Shown piece by piece: positions 38,301-50,840 of a stretch of DNA of 64,000 bases. The stretch's first letter is position 1, and each line of letters starts with the position of its first letter. The stretch is from Polymyxa betae A26-41 (Eukaryota > Protista > Endomyxa: Phytomyxea). A program made the position numbers and the translations under genes. The stretch covers positions 1-64,000 of the forward strand of contig RBZT01000348.1 of assembly GCA_003693705.1 (NCBI GenBank), written 5' to 3'. The notes beneath the pieces are model-generated. The model was not told the origin of the DNA, did not search any database, and worked only from the letters and a program-made list of their open reading frames with translations.

Positions 38301-39904
38301 CTTGTCTCAGTCCTACTTCCTTTATCTGAGAAATTTGAAGGTGAGTTGCCTTCATTCCGTTATCACCAGGCGTTTCATTCCAACGATTTCTCTACAGAGA
38401 TCTTGAAAAAAGTTGCCAACCCAATCATCAAGCTGCTTACGCCTGTTGTACGAGGTCAAAAAAGGAATCAGAATTTATGCAGGGAGGTTGCTATTCTTAT
38501 AAGGTATTGAAATTGGCATTGCTGCATTGAAAACAAATCTAAGACCTGAAAAGCACTTTGAGCACGATTGAAGATGGTCGCGGCACGTTGGTTCGTTCCC
38601 AGTTTCAAAAATGTGATGCGATTACTGTGCTGATGAACTTTCTCGAAGAACATCAGCTTTACGTTGATGTGATTGAATCTGTAAGATTTCTAATCAAGTT
38701 CTTATGATCAACCTGATAGACAAATTAGATCGGCAAAGCTATCGGGTCGCTGTTTTATCAAAGCGAAAAGTCGTTAAAAAGACAAGTCATAATACAGGGT
38801 TGGTGATTACTCTTTGCTGACGCGAACAACAGGCGATTGTACATCTCGAAACTCTCAAAACGGTTGTGATACAATCAACATCCAGACTGCATCGATCTAT
38901 CATTTTACAGATATTCACCAATATCAGTTTCCGAAGTTTCCCGGTCATACACGCACTCAGGAAAATGGGTTTCGATAAACTACTCAAAACCTATCATGAT
39001 ATAGCAACTTCCACTACCGAGAAATCGAAGTAAGCGACAGGATCATGTCCAAAGTTGTTTGTTTATTCCATTTCTAGAGAGGACCCTTTAGAAAGCTTCC
39101 AACGGATCCAAGAACTGAATGTTTTATCGATGTTGTATAGCCGAATTGCAAATTTACCAGTTATACAAATTTGCTTGTTGATAGAATGCAGCGCTGCGAT
39201 GTCTGCTTACATCAAACTACTTCCTGCGACGCTACAAGAAGCAGTCGCAACCATGATGCTTGGTATCGAAGGATGTGCATGTGAGGTTGGCAGCTTGGTT
39301 CTACCTTGGAGTTCTGTCTTTAACTAATACCAATCAGGCTGATATCAAAGTATCATTTGTGGGTTATAAAATATCGTCAAAAAAATACATTAGTACAGGA
39401 TTTGAGGACCCAGATGTAGTTCGTGACAAGATATCATCATTGCGGCCAAGAGGCGGCAGACGGGCAGCGACAAATTTGATAGGAGCCATGTTACATGCTC
39501 TTGAAGAACATGAGTGGAATGGCGATCTGAGGTTCATGGTGATCTTGGCATCTAATCCGCCATATGGTAAAAAATTCCATGACACATCAATTGACGATGT
39601 GCATCCAAACAAGAAATACGGAAAAGACAAGCTAACAGCTGATGAGGTAATAGAAGACATTCGGCTCTCTAATATAGAGATATTGATGGGTAAGAGTAGC
39701 TTCTTGTATAATAATTATTTCTCAAGCCAATTCAGAGTGCATGTCCGATACTCTGCAAATAGCAGCTGATGAATTTCGCAAGAGTCAGTTGAGCGTCAAC
39801 GTTTTCCCTGACCTCGGGTTCGATACTCCCGAAGAACGTATGCGGAATTTTTCACAGACATTGGCACAACGTATTTCTGGGGTGTTTGTTCAGCAATTCA
39901 ATTA
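35309..39904 (+). CDS. Large multi-exon protein: PH-like N-terminus, helical middle region, C-terminal degenerate VWA domain
   Basis: A continuous chain of + exons with short introns. The C-terminal ICLLIECSAAM..IKVSFVGY..RPRGG..WNGDLRFMVILASNPPYG.KFHD resembles vWA domains of alpha-kinase type. Confidence 0.6.
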
Positions 39905-40178
39905 AAATAGAGACTGGAAAGAAGCTTCGTGTTGCAAGTTATCATAGAGCATTTAGTATTATTTATAATACATACGTCATACCTACCTAAAATACCAACA
40001 TACAGCCCTGAAAGATATAAAATTGCGTGCAGTTAGCCGTATGTACCGTTGTCTAGGTACTGGAATATTTTTCCGAGGGCTGTTAAGAGATACTCACTAG
40101 ATTACAGTTGATAATCATCAATTCTTATCTGATTTCTCTTGATCTGGCTTGTATGGTCCCGTTGTTATCCATCTTAGT

Positions 40179-41442
40179 ATGAGATACATTATTGCTGTAC
40201 TCTATATCATCCACATCGTCCTGGCACATACACCTACCGTTCAACATAGTACTGCCCATGTGCCTTCTACAGCTGACCCTGGTGCCTTACAAACTGATCA
40301 CGCCGAACTACGTGATGATGACCTTCCTGACAATGCTGCCGAATCTATAGTATCTTCAGAAGAGAAACCTGCAGAAAACGTCCTGGATAGCTCAACTGAG
40401 GAGAAGAACAAGGTTTTTTCCAGCAAGCCTTCTGATGATGCAAGACAAAATCAAGATAATCAGGAAGAACATAATGCTGATGTCAATGGCGAAGGAAAGA
40501 AACATGCTGCTGACAACAACTTGCATCAAGAAGCACAGAAAGAAGATAAAGAAAAGATTCCGAAAGAGATCCAGAAAGATGCCAAAGAGAAACATGACAA
40601 AGTGGTCTTAGATGGTTCGAAGGACGATGTTGCGAAGAAGTCAGTAGATATATCAGGGACTAAAGAGGACGAAAACCCTACAGCTAAGGATATTGAGCAG
40701 AAGAATAAAGAGATACCTCAACCGCAGAGACCCAATAATGTGATTCCAGCTCCGGAAATTGGAAGATCAAGACCTGATAATCAAGCTATAAAGCAGGATA
40801 CTCATGGAAAGATTGCAGATCAGCGACCAGAAGGAGTTCAGACAACAAATACTGTAGATGATGATGATGGATCATCACCTACTGTTGTATGGTTTGTATT
40901 GTTCTCTGTCGTGATTGTCGTATCTGTAGCTGCTTATCTGCGTCGATCTGGGTTAAGGGCACCATCATCACTTGGATTTGAGCCTGTTCCAAGGCACAGC
41001 AATGCAGAGGTCATTATTGCACATTCACCTGCCGATGTATTGACGATTGTCAAACAGGAAGTTCCATTAATGACGCCGGTCGACCAGATAGTATCGGCAG
41101 CATTGCTAAACCTTCGAGTACCTGCTAGCGCTGTTGACAAATACGTCCAAGCTTTTCATAACCAACGTATCTCACGTGTTGAACAACTTGACGACTCAAC
41201 GTGGAAAAAACTGGCTCTACCAAGGTAGAAAATTCTGCCAATTATTTACTGAATAGATACTGATTATATATAGTGCCATCGAATTGGAACTTAGAAGGCG
41301 GTTCGAAGAAGCCAGCATCCAACCTCGTTCGGCTGGACTCGCATCGCATCGCGATAACGGGTCACGTTCTGGCCAAGTGGACGATATGGAATTCGACGAT
41401 TGGTCCTTCGATGACGAGGAAATTAACGATAATAATATATAA
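40179..41442 (+). CDS. Type-I membrane protein: acidic disordered ectodomain, TM, cytosolic SAM-like domain
   Basis: Signal peptide MRYIIAVLYIIHIVLA; TM VVWFVLFSVVIVVSVAAYL; tail VDKYVQAFHNQRISRVEQLDDSTWKKLALP. Confidence 0.65.
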
Positions 41443-42105
41443 ACATTATCCATCATTTCTAATCTTATTCGATCACATTGATTTATCATGTCGGAACACG
41501 CTGCCGGATGCTTCTCTTCAGCATTCCGTTGAAGCAACGGTCCACTAATACGGGATCAAAACCAAGAGATGATCTCCTATCACCAACAACCATCAATATC
41601 TACTAATGCTTTATCATGAACTCTGCAGAAGAGTAACCAAGCATCTCTAAGATTATTGTCCTTGTAATCATTTAACTTTAGCAAGAAATCAAAGTTTCGC
41701 AAGATGTAAGCGGGAAGAACAGAACGATTTAACGAGTTGCTGCGGCAGCTCTCTGTCTGCAAAGCCTCCAGCAAAACTGCAGGAACAAAATTGACAGATA
41801 GCCAGTCAAAAGTGAGAATGGAAGCGCTTTGACAAGTGAACAACTCATCCCAAAATTGCTGCTGTTATGATTCAAGATCGTTAGACAGATGAGGATTGTC
41901 GCAACCGCCTCTCCTGACAAGAATGAAGCTAAAGCGTAGACACTCACAAATACTGAAAACGTCAGGGCAGTGGATCATGAGAGGTAAACGTTCACTGCAT
42001 TGCATAATTAATGGGATAGTTGTTAAACATTAGTAGATAGTAGTATGAACAGTAGCTCTATACGTTCAAAAGCTGTATCAAACAGATACAGAATCTTGCA
42101 TAGCC

Positions 42106-42822
42106 TTAGCTAAATTTTGGTAACAGCTGTGAGAAGGACCCATGGCCAGATTTTGATAAATGATGACGGATTGTGTTGAAAATGCCCAAAGCGCTTCCAG
42201 CTAAAACACCAGCTGCCGTTGCTGCCCTGATACCACCTAAACAATAAGGCTTACAGCACTGACAATATAACTAAGCGAAGTCTTACGTGTTGATTTATAA
42301 ATAAGACCTGTTAGTACTGCCCCTCCGATCTCGTTATATACATCAGATTTATCACGAGCGGCTTGCAAACCATTACTGAAACATGTATAAAACAGAGCTG
42401 AGCATGGTATCAGAGTCAGATTGAAAAAAAAAATAGGAAAATCTCGTACCGATCGTGCCGAAAGAGTTGGCAAAATTGGTCCCCCTTTTACCGGCTCCAT
42501 TTAACACCGCATTGACTTTAAGCTTGAAATTGGTAGCGTCCTGAGATTTTAGGCCTTGTAGAGTGCCGAAAACACCACCAATCAGTAGACCAGATCCATA
42601 CGACATTCCACAATTTAGTGTCATTTGTTGAAATAGGGAGCGTTGATGATGCTGGGGGAACAGATAATCGGGAGTGTTACGACCAGGTTGTAAGCCATAT
42701 ATGCCGAGCATTGGACCCAGCTGAGCAGCATCAATGCCAGACAAGTTTGGCAAGACTGCCGATGATTTGACCTCAGCTTCTAGGTCACTCCATTGATCAT
42801 CACTGCCCTTAGACGATGCCAT
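42106..42822 (-). CDS. TIM23: Mitochondrial inner-membrane translocase subunit Tim23
   Basis: CGMSYGSGLLIGGVFG..KLKVNAVLNGAGKRGTNFANSFG, DKSDVYNEIGGAVLTGLIYKST; two introns. Confidence 0.9.
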
Positions 42823-43815
42823 GGTGCAGATACTGAATAGTGAGTGTAATGGTTCGACAATTGGCACGCAATAATGGGCAGCTGAAGGCGCGGCCTTGCC
42901 TTTGCAAAATATGCGTCACTGAATCCAGAAAAAAACGCGTTGTGTTACATAGGTATGAAACTCGGGGCATTTTCTGTTTATGAAGCGTTCGATATAGCAT
43001 GAAAGGTGTATTTATACACCATATGCTACCTCTGAAGCACACTATAATGAACATTCGCTATTGCAATTATTAGAAGTCTGGCCATAATCGGAACCAGCGT
43101 AGTAAAGTATTGCAGTTCAGTAGTGTCTCGATAAGCCATTTTTGCTCCGAAAACTCAACGATATGAATGAACAATACAGTAGTAATATACATTGTTCATT
43201 GCTAAACATATTCGGTCATGTTGTATCATGTCAGGGCTCTGTGCATGGTTCGACCCTACGATTGATGATAGTTGCAAATGGGAAAAATCGGTCCCATGGT
43301 ATTAATGATAGAACGACGTATGTCAGCATATGTGAAACTTTCATTTTCAACTCACAGACAAGCAAGTTCTTTCAGAGAAACTCGACCCTTTTGCTTTTTC
43401 ATGCGAAATCTGGACCAATTGGATGATAATTCTCTCATTATCAGCTGCTGTTCATATCGGTCATGAACTCTGCAACCAGCAACTCACCAAATACGACCGC
43501 TTCAAAGTAGGTTCATCCACGGTCTGCATTCTGCTAGCCTGCATCAAACCTATATTTGACAGAGAGCGGGTCAGAGCTGGGACCAGTACTACCCAGCGGG
43601 TCGACGTGTGCGTGTTGCTGTCTGTCTGTGTAGCATCTGTATGTGGTAATGTAAGACGATGTGATGGTGACACGTGGCTGTTGTGTAGTATATCAGTGTC
43701 AGCTGTGTGATAGTATCATGATTATACAGTATAATAACAGAGAGAGGGGGGAGAGACACATCGATCTTCTTCGGTTTCTTATATAGTCATTCTTTCTAGA
43801 CATCTCATCTTCACT

Positions 43816-44418
43816 ATGAAATATATTCCATCTGTATTAGACCTGCTGCCTCTCTCCAGCAGCTTCCATCTCATACCTGGGTCCCAGTATATCTTCCATC
43901 TAGAGCGTTGTCTATTGGAAGGTCTGTTTCGCTGGGCCCAAATCCCTACTGAGAAGCAACCTGCTAAGCTCAGTACGCCCAAGAAGAATCTCAGACGTTT
44001 GGAGACAGCAGCCAGAGATCTACAAGGTCTGCTTGGTGGTGACGACCTGAAAGGTCTATCAAGCGCAGAGACAATCGCGGCTGTGAAAAAGAAAATAGCC
44101 GATATAGAGTCTGTTTTAGTTGATGAAAGAGATCAACGGTCTACAGTAGAGAATCGAATGAACGAATTGGAGCCAATTGAAGGGGATTTCCAAAGGAATG
44201 CTCAACAGATCAAAACTCTAGAAGAGCGTTTACTGGCTTGTCATCAGCAGTTAGAAAACCTAAAAGCTGTTCGCCGAAGGACTCAAATACTGAATCAGCT
44301 CAAGAAAGCAATTAGTAAAATGGGTAAAGTCAGGATGTCGACAGGTGCGCCAAAAGACGAGATTGATGATGCACAACACAGTAATGGGAAAGATCAAGAG
44401 ACTGACTCTGTCCAATAA
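43816..44418 (+). CDS. Hypothetical coiled-coil protein
   Basis: 200-aa ORF with heptad-rich E/K/Q/L segment; 5' structure uncertain. Confidence 0.6.
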   Translation: MKYIPSVLDLLPLSSSFHLIPGSQYIFHLERCLLEGLFRWAQIPTEKQPAKLSTPKKNLRRLETAARDLQGLLGGDDLKGLSSAETIAAVKKKIADIESVLVDERDQRSTVENRMNELEPIEGDFQRNAQQIKTLEERLLACHQQLENLKAVRRRTQILNQLKKAISKMGKVRMSTGAPKDEIDDAQHSNGKDQETDSVQ

Positions 44419-44559
44419 TAATGTTGACTACATATATGACAGAACACTTGAATAAAGATATAGTCGTGTAAACATTATCATTAACGATATACATAGTAGT
44501 ATTCTCATAGATTAAATAGGGAACAAATGTACAATGTTGAAAGCTTCACAGATGACAAG

Positions 44560-47530
44560 TTATTCATCTACTAATTGACCTGGAAGCTCAGCCCTGTCCT
44601 TGATGTCAGTGAAGTCAGATCTGGGCTGCCGCTCTGGACTAACAGATGATGGACGATCATCACAACATTCCTCATTAACCTCCTGTGATGACAGATTCGA
44701 ATCTTCTTGAATGGGTAAAGTACGTAATATCACATCTTTCTCCAAGTTCAGTACATCAATATTCGACTGAATCTTATCAGCTTCATCAAAATCGTCACTA
44801 CCAATAGCCTATGATATTCCATTTTAAAATTCCAGTCCAACATGAGCCTATCTGAGATAACCTTATCTAGCTGTTGCTCAAGCGAATCGATAGCGATATT
44901 GATGTCCGTTAACCGCTGTGATGGTGACACTTCAGGGGCCTGATCGCCATTTGATATGGCATGGCTAGGTGATGTCCTTGATGATTGTTGTGGAGATGAA
45001 CAAGCAGATGGAGACGGATTTTGATGAAGCTCTGAACAAGCAGAAGGAGACGGAGATCGATGAAGCTCTGAACAAGCAGAAGGAGACGGAGATCGACGAA
45101 GCTCTGGAGAGCGAACAGGAGAATTTGTCGGGGAATCGATTGTAAAACTGGAAATTGCCCATCCATGCTTTTCACTTAGAATCTCAGCTGAACTGGTTAG
45201 TTTGCATATTAGAGCTTTGATTAAAGCCAGCTGTAATCAGAAATTAAGCAGCGAAATTGGGATGAACAGCGATAGAACAGACCTCATCGTTATCAGCTCC
45301 GTCCTCAATCGACTTCAGTGACGATAATTGTTTACAAAGGTGCTCAAAGTCCAGGCGATCCAGTTCGAGCTCGGCAGACTCAAAATGTAGCCGAGCTTCA
45401 CGTAGAGGAGCCTCATGGCCCATGATAGATTGACTGACAGCATGGAGATCCTTCCTGCATCATTGTTAACGATATTGACCAACAGATCCAGACTAAACTG
45501 TAATACTTGAGCTTATCAATTAGTTCTATTGAATCGGCTCTTAAAGAAGTCAACTGCTTCAGTTGTTTCGCTAAACTGCCTGCTGATTTAAAATCTCGTG
45601 ACGAGACAGCATTGGCTTTGTTTACTTCAAGCTCAGGAACTTGCTGGTCAATCTCTTCTAACAGCGATTCTTGCTTTTTGATAGATTCTTCTAAACTGAC
45701 CTATTTAAGTAGATTAAAAAGAGAAATCTAAACAGGTTTAAGCTCACTTTTTGTTTCGATAACAAGCCTGATTTCCTGTCTTGTTCAGCTAATCGAAGTT
45801 GTGCTTGTGAGAGAGCCTGCTCACAGTCCCGCCTTCTCTCATGAAGTTCAGCATACAGATTTCCACTCTGCATAATCTTCTCCATCTGCCGTTTTCGTGC
45901 CGTAACAATCTCATCAACAGATGTAGCCAATTCTGTACTGGATTGCATTAATGCATCAATCATATCCCTCTCTGAATTTAACTCCATCTCTGTTTGTCGA
46001 AGCTCGTCCTGATCCTTTAAAATATCGGCTCGATCAGCTTCAATACGCAATCGCTGATTCTCGATCCTAAATGAGCTTTGGAACACATTCATCTATCATT
46101 ACGTTAATAGTTACCTCATAAGCTGCCTATCAAAAGCAGCACCAGCTTGAGAGATCTTCTGATCGACCTCAGATAGCGCCTCTCGAAGTCGGGCTTGTTC
46201 CTCTTCTTTTAAACGAATTTGTTCCCTCAGACGAACTAACTCCTCATCAATCGACTATAACAACAAAACACAGTCAAATGCAGATGGAATCCCATGCTAA
46301 TTTCGAGACCTTTAATTCAGAGAAAGTCGAATCCTTGTCTTGCTGAACATCTTTGGTTCTTTCACTGATTGCACAACGAACTTCTTCGTCTTCATTTTGG
46401 ATTCGATCTAGCTCGGCATCAATAATTCCCAGAATTTTATCAATTCGTAACGATTCCTGCCACAATGAATCAGCACACCCATTAATGATGACAATCAACC
46501 GACCTCTTTCAAATGTTCCTGTTTATCATTTAGCTGCGACATCTTCATATCGATAGTTTCTTGAGATTCTGTACGACACGACTCTTTCAATTCAATCAGC
46601 TCACTAAATGTTGTCTCAAGAGCAGCTTGAAGCTGGTCGATCTGTTGACGACGCTGCTCAGATATCCCCATCTTCCCATCGGTAGCGATTTTAAATCGTT
46701 TTTCTATCTCCAAAATGTTGCTTTGCAACAGTTGAATTTTGCCATCCAATTCGTCAGCACGATCGTAAGCCTGAGCGGGAATTTTCAGCATATCGATCAT
46801 GTCAAGCTGAAAATCCCATCCTGTACAGTACCTCGTCTTCAACAGCTCTCGATTGAGCAATCTTTAATGCTTCCACATCTCCATTGGCTTCACTCAACGA
46901 TTGCAACACTTCTGTACATTGTTTTTCGAACGATGAATGAGATTCATCGAGCTGATTCATCATATTCCAATGCTGCATCATTCGTATTGATAATATGCTG
47001 GCGAATCTATTCAATTGAGAATGCCACTGTCCTCCAATTTCATGTTCATTAGAGATGATTTCTCGTATTTCATTCTCCTTTGATAAAGGTATAGATTCAT
47101 ATTCCACATTTGCTGGTAGAGCTGTATATTGCAGTGTAGGCTCAGATTCGAGATTCCCATTATTCAATGAATGTCCCTCTATGTGATTGAGATGTGAGCT
47201 CTGAGTTGGTACTGAGGCGCGCCTCTTGTTTATAGACTGATTGATGCCTTCTCCATTTGAACCAGATTCTGGCATCAATTCTGACTTGGCTCTTTCTAGT
47301 GGCTGTTCAGCAATAAAGGAAAACGATGACGGCGCCTGCACGAACGAGAACGCTGATTGCTGTTGAGAATCGGGTTGGTTTTCGATCTGATCTGGCTCTG
47401 GATCTGGTAATCTAGGCTTTAGATTGAGTCCTGCAAACATACTATCTATCTGTGGTGTCTGATTTGCATCTGTGTCTGAATGTGTTGATTTCGATGTTCC
47501 TGTAGAGAATACATTCCTAAAGAATGACAT
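44560..47530 (-). CDS. Long coiled-coil protein with UVR-like motifs, multi-exon
   Basis: Spliced motifs AVEDE|AYDRADELD, AVSSRDFKSAGSL and LEQQLDK|AIGSDDFDEADKIQ; N-terminal SMFAGL and SAFSFV/SSFSFI motifs. Confidence 0.7.
44997..45104. repeat. 3 x 36-bp tandem repeat inside a coding exon (12-aa SPSPSACSELHR unit on the minus strand)
   Basis: TGAACAAGCAGAAGGAGACGGAGATCGATGAAGCTC repeated three times head-to-tail with few mismatches. Confidence 0.9.
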
Positions 47531-47975
47531 CACATATAGTATGATATAGTCAGACAGCAGACTATACAGACACAACACACTCTCTCATCCACCTATATAT
47601 GTAATGTTACACATACAATAACTCTCACATTGTATTGTTACATTCATATTAATAATCATACTCTCCTTATACCTGTATCATTGCTAATGCTCAGATAGCC
47701 TGGTCTGATCACAACCGATAAATTCATCGACAGCTTCTTCAAGGCAGAAAGCTTTATCAATGTGGAGGATAGACCGGGTCTGAATGATACCAGCCAACTT
47801 CATTCAAGTTCTGCAGTAAAAGCATTTCCGTTGCTGTTCTTAATAACTATGTTGCTATAAGTAACCAATCATAACAAAAAACGAGATTATATTATACAGT
47901 AGGAATGGCATTGATGTGATTTGAAATTTGTAGAAAATTGCGCTGATCATTGTTATAAGAGATTATCTCATTACA

Positions 47976-49440
47976 ATGTTAACAACACAGGCAAAGAATC
48001 CCAATAATGATTTCGAGGTGGATCAGGTTCAACCTGATTCCATCTCATCGGTGGCCTTCTCACCAACCAGTGATAATTTCTTCGTGGCCACCAGCTGGAA
48101 TAATGAAGTAAATTGGGTGCAGGAGACCCCGTCCCTGATCTCTAATGTAATTGGCAGATTCGCTTCTGGCAGGTGATGCCGAATGGACAATCTATTGGTA
48201 AAGCAATGCAATCAAGTCAAGAGCCATTAATGTGTTCAACATGGGGATCTGATAATTCTACTGTATTCTTTGCTGGTGTTGATAAGACCGTTAAGATGTG
48301 GTCACCACAATCCAATCAGGTTCAGCAGATTGGTCAACATGATCATGCCGTTAAAGAGATGGAATGTATTGACCTATATTTGTATCAGCAGCTGCCTATT
48401 CCTGATTGTGTGTTTCAGGGTTGAAAGATGTCAATCTATTATGTACTGGTTCATGGGATAAATCCTTAAGATATTGGGATCCCAGATCTCCTAATCAATC
48501 AAAAGCAACTGTATCACATAATTGGTTTTATATTGTAATTGTTTTAATATCTATTACAGGTAGCATTACCTGAACGATGTTATACAATGTCATGTGTATA
48601 TCCATTATTAGTTGTTGGATGTGCACAGAAACAATGTATTGTATATGATCTTAGGAATCCCAGTACACCATGTAAAAATATTGAATCTGCATTAAGAGAA
48701 CAAACGCGAACTGTCTCGTGTTTCCCAGATCGAACAGGTTCCTTCATACAAATACGCCTTGAATCTATTGACATTTGTTGTAGGATTTGCTGTTGGATCT
48801 ATTGAGGGGAGAGTATCAATTCAACATTTTGAAGATAAAGTAACACAACTCGCTGCTCTTGTTGCCTTCATTATGTTGACTTCTTTTTATACAGGATTTA
48901 TCCAAGAATTTTGCATTCCGATGTCATCGTACTGATACCGATATATATCCAGTACGACCCGCATACAGATATGACTCGTCTTCTAACAGTCGTTGGTCAG
49001 GTCAATACGATCAGGTTTCATCCCGTATTCGGGACATTCTCAACAGCTGGAGGCGACGGAATTGTCAATTTCTGGGTGAGGACTTTCCTTGAATTGTTTT
49101 CTATGAATGTTTTGTCCAGATCTCATGTTCAATTTTCGACACAATATAATCTGACAATTTCCATGTAGGATAAAGAAGCTAAGCAGCGATTGAAGCTGTT
49201 CTCAACTGTCAATCAGCCAATTTCTGCTTCTGCATTCAATCATGATGGTACCATATTTGCCTATGCTGCATCGTAAGTGCTCTTTACATTAGTATTTGAA
49301 ATAGAGATTTTCATACTCGGTTCAGATATGATTGGTCGAAAGGATCGCAATTCTATAACAAGAATGAGACGAGCCGGATATTCCTTCATGCTGTTAGCGA
49401 GATGGATATTAAACCACGAGGGAAGAAATCAACTCGGTAA
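47976..49440 (+). CDS. RAE1: mRNA export factor Rae1/Gle2 (WD40), multi-exon
   Basis: NPNNDFEV..PDSISS, ATSWNNE.R, TGSWDKSLRYWD, LPERCY, GSIEGRV, FAFRCHR, TAGGDG..FWDK.AKQRLK and FAYAASYDWSKG. Confidence 0.95.
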
Positions 49441-49487
49441 TCGGTCTCATTAAATGTTTAACCCGTCACACATTGTTTAATATCGTT

Positions 49488-50276
49488 ATGTCATCAACCG
49501 AATCGTTCAGCGTATCAGAATTTCACGATTCCGATCTATATTTTCGTGTCAACGAACCCGTCTTAGTACGTGAAGCTAATGGTTTCTGGTCTTCAGCTAT
49601 TATCTTGAGATTACATGATTACACCCGAGGCCTGAATCGCTTACCTTTCATGAGGCAAGCGTTGGTATCGCTGTCGAAATCTGCGAATAAGCCTCGCTGG
49701 ATTCCGTGCTCATCGTCCAGAATCCGATTAGCGCGTCAGCCCAGGATTGAACCAATATTAACAGCAATACCACCCGACCATATCCTGGATCATGTTTTAC
49801 AGCTGTTAGATAATGCTGCTGAATATCGATCCAGATGGCGTTGGTGTCAGGCTGATCTGGCAGAATGTAGAGCATTTCGTGAAATTTTGGATTATTTAAA
49901 TTGTTTAAAGCCATATCCGGGACGAGATTCGATGCCGGATGATTGGCCCGACGTCTGCAAATCTTTGCTGAAAATCTGGTTCATTTCATTATTGCCAATG
50001 CTGCAATATCAATATCAGCTATCATTGCAGCTGTTCCATAACTTCCAGTTGTGTTCAGAAGTTGACGAATCTGCCATATTGTTACGGAAAGCGGATCTGG
50101 TTGAGGCGGCGTCAATGATCACACTCCGGTCGAGTCAGATTCAGAGTCTATCACAGATCGTTGATGACCAATCCGCTTGTTTAAATCTCGTAGAAGAGGC
50201 TGAATTGCATAGTCCGCTTGGTATAACATTTCGAGATTTGATAAAACAGTGGCAATGTCGAAGCAGCAAAAAATAA
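49488..50276 (+). CDS. Hypothetical protein with N-terminal Tudor/chromo-barrel-like domain
   Basis: FRVNEPVLVREANGFWSSAIIL...ALVS..RWIPCSSSRIR pattern; intronless ORF. Confidence 0.55.
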   Translation: MSSTESFSVSEFHDSDLYFRVNEPVLVREANGFWSSAIILRLHDYTRGLNRLPFMRQALVSLSKSANKPRWIPCSSSRIRLARQPRIEPILTAIPPDHILDHVLQLLDNAAEYRSRWRWCQADLAECRAFREILDYLNCLKPYPGRDSMPDDWPDVCKSLLKIWFISLLPMLQYQYQLSLQLFHNFQLCSEVDESAILLRKADLVEAASMITLRSSQIQSLSQIVDDQSACLNLVEEAELHSPLGITFRDLIKQWQCRSSKK

Positions 50277-50367
50277 AACATTCAGATTGGTGACCAATCA
50301 GCGGTCAATGCACATCAAGGTTGGCAAACGGTCAGAATTCGGAAATTAAAATTTATACTGATATATC

Positions 50368-50823
50368 ATGAATAGATTACAAGCAATAATCTCGATCTGG
50401 ATCGCAATTCTCATTGCTCTTGTGGCATCGACAGTTGCCTATCTCGTAAGCAGAGAGGATGCACAACGGACCCTTATTAGAATAGAGAAATCGTTGGACG
50501 CCTTTGTAGCTCAAGCTGAAGATCGTAACCACAAACAATTCGCAGGATCCGCTGTTCAACTAACAGAGTACATGTGGACATATGCAAGCTGGGTTCACAT
50601 CAACAATCAAATCATTGAGCACGACGCCGAGATCAAATCTATGTTCTCTACCAAGCACGACATCATAATGAAAGTATTGGAGAGAAAAGGCTGGACAAAT
50701 CACGATCTGAACCGTCTCTATACTCGTCAGTTGTATTGCGTTCAGTATCCATTAATCGACTACATAGACAATTGGATCAAAGCAGCATATCAGCTGTATT
50801 CTGCAGCTGAACATCTGCAATAA
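50368..50823 (+). CDS. Hypothetical protein with N-terminal signal/TM segment
   Basis: 151-aa ATG ORF with hydrophobic N-terminus. Confidence 0.6.
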   Translation: MNRLQAIISIWIAILIALVASTVAYLVSREDAQRTLIRIEKSLDAFVAQAEDRNHKQFAGSAVQLTEYMWTYASWVHINNQIIEHDAEIKSMFSTKHDIIMKVLERKGWTNHDLNRLYTRQLYCVQYPLIDYIDNWIKAAYQLYSAAEHLQ

Positions 50824-50840
50824 ATCGATTGGCATCAGCA

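Noticed and set aside
43230-43262. GGTTCGACCC as a tRNA T-loop
   Set aside because: Flanks do not form a T-stem and there is no cloverleaf; the similar GGGTTCGATAC at ~39817 is inside a CDS.
44997-45104. 36-bp repeats as a CRISPR array
   Set aside because: Units are contiguous with no spacers, lie in frame in a eukaryotic exon, and there are no cas genes.
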